This document shows positions 59,141 through 61,890 of a stretch of 61,890 bases of DNA, piece after piece. The notes beneath the pieces are model-generated. The model worked only from the letters and a program-made list of their open reading frames with translations, had not been told where the DNA came from and did no database searches. Source of the DNA: Bacillota bacterium (GTDB taxonomy: Bacteria > Bacillota > Dethiobacteria > DTU022); the NCBI GenBank assembly GCA_012800855.1, contig JAAZIN010000137.1, positions 1 through 61,890 of the forward strand, written 5' to 3'. A program made the translations under genes and the position numbers. The stretch's first letter is position 1, and each line of letters starts with the position of its first letter.

Positions 59141-59177
59141 CTTGATGCCGTGCCCAGCAGTGGGGCACGGCATCAAG
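59141..59177 (-). other. perfect 15-bp intercistronic hairpin between the SBP and permease genes
   Basis: CTTGATGCCGTGCCC (59141-59155) pairs with GGGCACGGCATCAAG (59163-59177), 7-nt loop. There is no T-run in the operon (minus) direction. Confidence 0.75.
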
Positions 59178-59188
59178 TTTTCTTTATT

Positions 59189-60166
59189 TTATTCAATTAC
59201 TTCATCGGCCCGTTCCAACAAAGACGCGGGCAAGGTAACATTTAACTTCTCGGCGGCGGCCTTGTTTACCACGACCCGGTATTGCGTCTGTCCCTCGATG
59301 GGCATGGTAGACGGCTCCGCCTCGCCGCGCAGGATTTTTGCCGCCATCTTCCCTGCCTGGTGGCCCAGCCTGAAGTAGTCAATGCCCAGCGTGGCCAGGG
59401 CGCCTGCACGGACGCAGCTTTCCTCGCCTGGGATCACGGGGATCTTGTGCTCATCCGATACCTGGATCACCGAGGCGATGGCGCTTACCACCGTGTTGTC
59501 CGTAGGAATGTAGATGGCATCCACCTTTCCGATAAGCGACTCGGTGGCGGTGCTCACCTCGCCCGTGGACGTAACCGCGGCCTTAACAATGGTCATCCCA
59601 AAATCCCCGGCAACCTTTTCCAATATTTCAACCTGCACCCGCGAATTCTCCTCGCCGGAGTTGAAAATGACCCCCACAGTGGTGGCATCGGGCAGGATCT
59701 CCTTCAGCAGTTCGAGCTGCTCTTTAATGGGATTCATATCGTGCGTCCCGGTGACATTTTTCCCCGGATGCTCCAGGCTGTCGGCCAGGCCAATGGCCAC
59801 GGGATCGGTTACGGCGGTGATCACAATGGGTATGTCCTTGGTGGCCTTGTAGGCCGCTTCCGCCGCCTGGGTGGCTATGGCCAGGATAAGGTCAACCCCG
59901 TCGGCGACAAAGCCTTCGGCAATGGTAGAGGCGGTGGTGATATCGCCCTGTGCATTTTGAATGTCGATGTTGATGTTTTTGCCGTCTTCAAAGCCTTCTT
60001 CCTTCAGCGCTTCGATGAAACCGTCGCGGGCATCGTTAAGCGCGGGATGATCCGCTATCTGAACGATGCCGATCTTGATCATTCCTTCTTCAGGGCCGCA
60101 GCCGGCCGCTGCAAGAAAGGAAAGACCCAGAACCCCCACAAGCAACCACAACCACACTTTTTTCAC
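59189..60166 (-). CDS. ABC transporter substrate-binding lipoprotein (COG2984 / ABC_sub_bind type)
   Basis: V(M)KKVWLWLLVGVLGLSFLAAAGC contains a lipobox. ..IKIGIVQIADHPALNDARDGFIEAL... GTG 60166 lies 7-8 nt after GGAGGG. Confidence 0.85.
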   Translation of the reverse strand: MKKVWLWLLVGVLGLSFLAAAGCGPEEGMIKIGIVQIADHPALNDARDGFIEALKEEGFEDGKNINIDIQNAQGDITTASTIAEGFVADGVDLILAIATQAAEAAYKATKDIPIVITAVTDPVAIGLADSLEHPGKNVTGTHDMNPIKEQLELLKEILPDATTVGVIFNSGEENSRVQVEILEKVAGDFGMTIVKAAVTSTGEVSTATESLIGKVDAIYIPTDNTVVSAIASVIQVSDEHKIPVIPGEESCVRAGALATLGIDYFRLGHQAGKMAAKILRGEAEPSTMPIEGQTQYRVVVNKAAAEKLNVTLPASLLERADEVIE

Positions 60167-60308
60167 CGTCAATCCCTCCATTTTTCTTTCCGGCGGGAAA
60201 CACCCTCGGAAAAGAAAAAAGCCCGGGAGGGCCCCTTCAGCTCTCCTACCGTTCTGCCGTTCTTCTCCGGTGAGTGTTAACCCTACCATGCTACATTATT
60301 TAGCGGTT

Positions 60309-60337
60309 ATTTTATAATAAAACGGCGCCCCTGTCAA
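60309..60337 (-). promoter_or_regulatory. consensus sigmaA promoter of the ABC operon, embedded in the gltX terminator
   Basis: On the minus strand, TTGACA (60337-60332; in the terminator loop), 17 bp, then TAAAAT (60314-60309). Confidence 0.65.
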
Positions 60338-60350
60338 CAGCAGGCGCCGG
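60313..60350 (-). terminator. intrinsic terminator of gltX
   Basis: Stem CGGCGCC/GGCGCCG (60349-60343 / 60329-60323) plus inner CTG/CAG pairs, then TTTTATT on the minus strand. Confidence 0.75.
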
Positions 60351-60364
60351 AATAATGTTTAGGA

Positions 60365-61810
60365 TTATGAAAAGTTTTTTTCGATCCAGCGGGCCGCTTT
60401 CTCAAGGCGCTCCACGGTCCTCCGGCGCCCCAGCAGGACAATGATGTCAAAAAGGCCCGGCCCCATGGTCCGGCCGGAGATGGCCAGGCGGGTGGAGTGG
60501 ATGAGGCGGCCGGCGGATATGCCCAGCTCTTCGCTCAAGGCCCGGTAAGCGCTCTCGATGGTCTCCATTTCAAAGGGCTCCAGCTCCCGCAGCAGGGCGG
60601 CGGCCCGGCGCAGCAGCTCGGCGCTGCCCTCCTTGCGGAAATGCTTCTCCACGCCCTTGGAGTCATAGGGAAAATCGTCGCGGTAAAAGTAGGTGGAGGC
60701 CTCGGCCAGTTCCGCAAGGGTCTTGACCCGGTCACGCACGGTATCGACTACTTTCTGGTAGTAGCTTAGCTCCTCCCCTTCGAGGGGGGCGCGGAGGAGG
60801 CCCTCCCTTTCGAAGAAGGGCAGGGCTTTTTCTGCCAGGCGCTCCAGCGGCGCCTCGCGCAGGTAATGCCCGTTCATCCAGGTCAGCTTGCTGACGTCGT
60901 AGATGGCGGCGGTTCTGTTCACTCGCTCCAGGGAAAACAGGGCGATCATTTCCGAGAGGGAAATAATCTCCTTCTCGCCGGGGGACCAGCCCAGGAGGGC
61001 GATGTAATTGAGCAGCGCCTCCGGCAGGTAGCCCCGCTCGCGAAACTCCTCCACAGAGGTGGCGCCGTGCCGCTTGCTCAGCTTGCTCCGGTCCGGGGCC
61101 AGGATCATGGGCACGTGGGCATAGCGGGGCGCTTCGTAGCCCAGGGCCTCGATGCATAGCTGCTGGCGCGGCGTATTGGAAAGATGCTCCTCCCCTCTGA
61201 TGACATCGGTTATCTCCATCAGGGCATCGTCCACGACGCTGGCAAAGTTGTAAGTGGGCAAGCCGTTGGACTTGACGATGATGAAATCGTCCAGGGTGCT
61301 GTTGTCAAAGCGGACCTCGCCCCGAATGAGATCCCGCACCACCGTTACCCCGCGGTCCGGGGTGCGCAAGCGGATGACCGGGCTACGCCCGGCGGCCAGG
61401 TAGGCACGCGCCTCCTCCTGGGAGAGATTGCGGCAGGTGCCGGGGTAAAGGTAGGGCTTTCCAGCCTTGCGCGCCGCCTCCCGCCCGGCGGCGAGTTCCT
61501 CGGGGGTGCAGTAGCAGTGGTAAGCTTTGCCCTCTTCCAGGAGGCGGGCCGCAGCGCGGTTGTATTCTTCCAGGCGCTGCGACTGGAAATAGGGACCTTC
61601 GTCCCAATCCAGGCCCAGCCAGCGCAGCGCGTTGAGCAGCGCTTCGGTGTATTCCGGCCGGGAGCGCTCCAGGTCCGTGTCATCGATGCGCAGGATGAAG
61701 GTGCCATTGCTGGCCCGGGCTACAAGATAGTTGAACAGCGCCGTCCGGGCGCCGCCGATGTGCAGCTCTCCCGTAGGGCTGGGGGCAAATCTAACTCGTA
61801 CCGGCCTCAA
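60365..61810 (-). CDS. gltX: glutamate--tRNA ligase
   Basis: ..RPVRVRFAPSPTGELHIGGARTALFNYL..KLSKRHG... TTG 61810 lies 8 nt after AAGGAG. The ORF-track GTG 61819 abuts the SD. Confidence 0.93.
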   Translation of the reverse strand: MRPVRVRFAPSPTGELHIGGARTALFNYLVARASNGTFILRIDDTDLERSRPEYTEALLNALRWLGLDWDEGPYFQSQRLEEYNRAAARLLEEGKAYHCYCTPEELAAGREAARKAGKPYLYPGTCRNLSQEEARAYLAAGRSPVIRLRTPDRGVTVVRDLIRGEVRFDNSTLDDFIIVKSNGLPTYNFASVVDDALMEITDVIRGEEHLSNTPRQQLCIEALGYEAPRYAHVPMILAPDRSKLSKRHGATSVEEFRERGYLPEALLNYIALLGWSPGEKEIISLSEMIALFSLERVNRTAAIYDVSKLTWMNGHYLREAPLERLAEKALPFFEREGLLRAPLEGEELSYYQKVVDTVRDRVKTLAELAEASTYFYRDDFPYDSKGVEKHFRKEGSAELLRRAAALLRELEPFEMETIESAYRALSEELGISAGRLIHSTRLAISGRTMGPGLFDIIVLLGRRRTVERLEKAARWIEKNFS

Positions 61811-61844
61811 CGGAGACACTCCTTATCCTAAATTTACCTTAAGT

Positions 61845-61873
61845 AATATAACACAACCGCGTTGGATAAGCAA
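61845..61873 (-). promoter_or_regulatory. sigmaA-type promoter of gltX
   Basis: On the minus strand, TTGCTT (61873-61868), 17 bp, then TGtTATATT (hexamer 61850-61845). Confidence 0.55.
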
Positions 61874-61890
61874 ACAAGCCCCGTTAAAAG

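Noticed and set aside
60200-60300. TRAP-type (G/U)AG triplet array or T-box in the leader of the ABC operon.
   Set aside because: A few UAG/GAG triplets occur, but with irregular spacing and too few copies. No T-box sequence or specifier-loop architecture is visible.
61811-61890. T-box leader upstream of gltX.
   Set aside because: Only about 35 nt separate the predicted -10 from the start codon, which is far too short for a T-box.

Overview
GC-rich (about 60-65% by eye) chromosomal window from a spore-forming Bacillota (Clostridia-type) genome. Order resembles Bacillus: miaB ... mutS-mutL-miaA-hfq ... spoVK ... hflX-ynbB ... lexA, plus sporulation-type genes (spoVK, SpoVB-like flippase, DUF1540). 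I call about 50 protein genes and 2 single tRNAs (Trp-CCA, Gln-CUG). I see no rRNA, CRISPR, transposase or integrase. Blocks, left to right: (1) DUF2148 gene; (2) a ykkC-class riboswitch, a guanine/hypoxanthine-type permease and a pur cluster purE-purL-purF-[hppA]-purM-purN-purH-purD; (3) CoA-transferase A-like, acyl-CoA dehydrogenase, cobO; (4) ligA, a rhomboid-like membrane protein, a NYN-domain gene on a lower-GC stretch, tRNA-Trp; (5) proC-proB-proA plus a NifV-like synthase, a phasin-like protein, an ABC1 kinase, ROK glucokinase, DedA; (6) envelope and sporulation genes; (7) miaB, class B PBP, mutS, mutL, miaA, hfq; (8) a self-contained two-gene unit with three PII-like modules and a fused double-DUF1538 membrane protein; (9) spoVK plus a coupled GTPase-like ORF, azlCD, and a hydantoinase-A-like/HDAC-like pair; (10) hflX, ynbB-like, lexA with SOS box, and an AT-rich islet with a holin-like gene; (11) BPL_N-like, GT4, tRNA-Gln, a COG2984-type ABC transporter and gltX. 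The best candidate for an undescribed system is the PII x3 / DUF1538 x2 operon (41.8-44.6 kb). Next are the ykkC subtype-2-like (candidate PRPP) riboswitch, the membrane pyrophosphatase inside the pur cluster, and the hydantoinase-HDAC pair. All calls come from reading the sequence and ORF track by eye, with no database search. Family names are recognised from memory of conserved motifs. Start codons were adjusted using SD spacing and N-terminal homology, so they may be off by a few codons.
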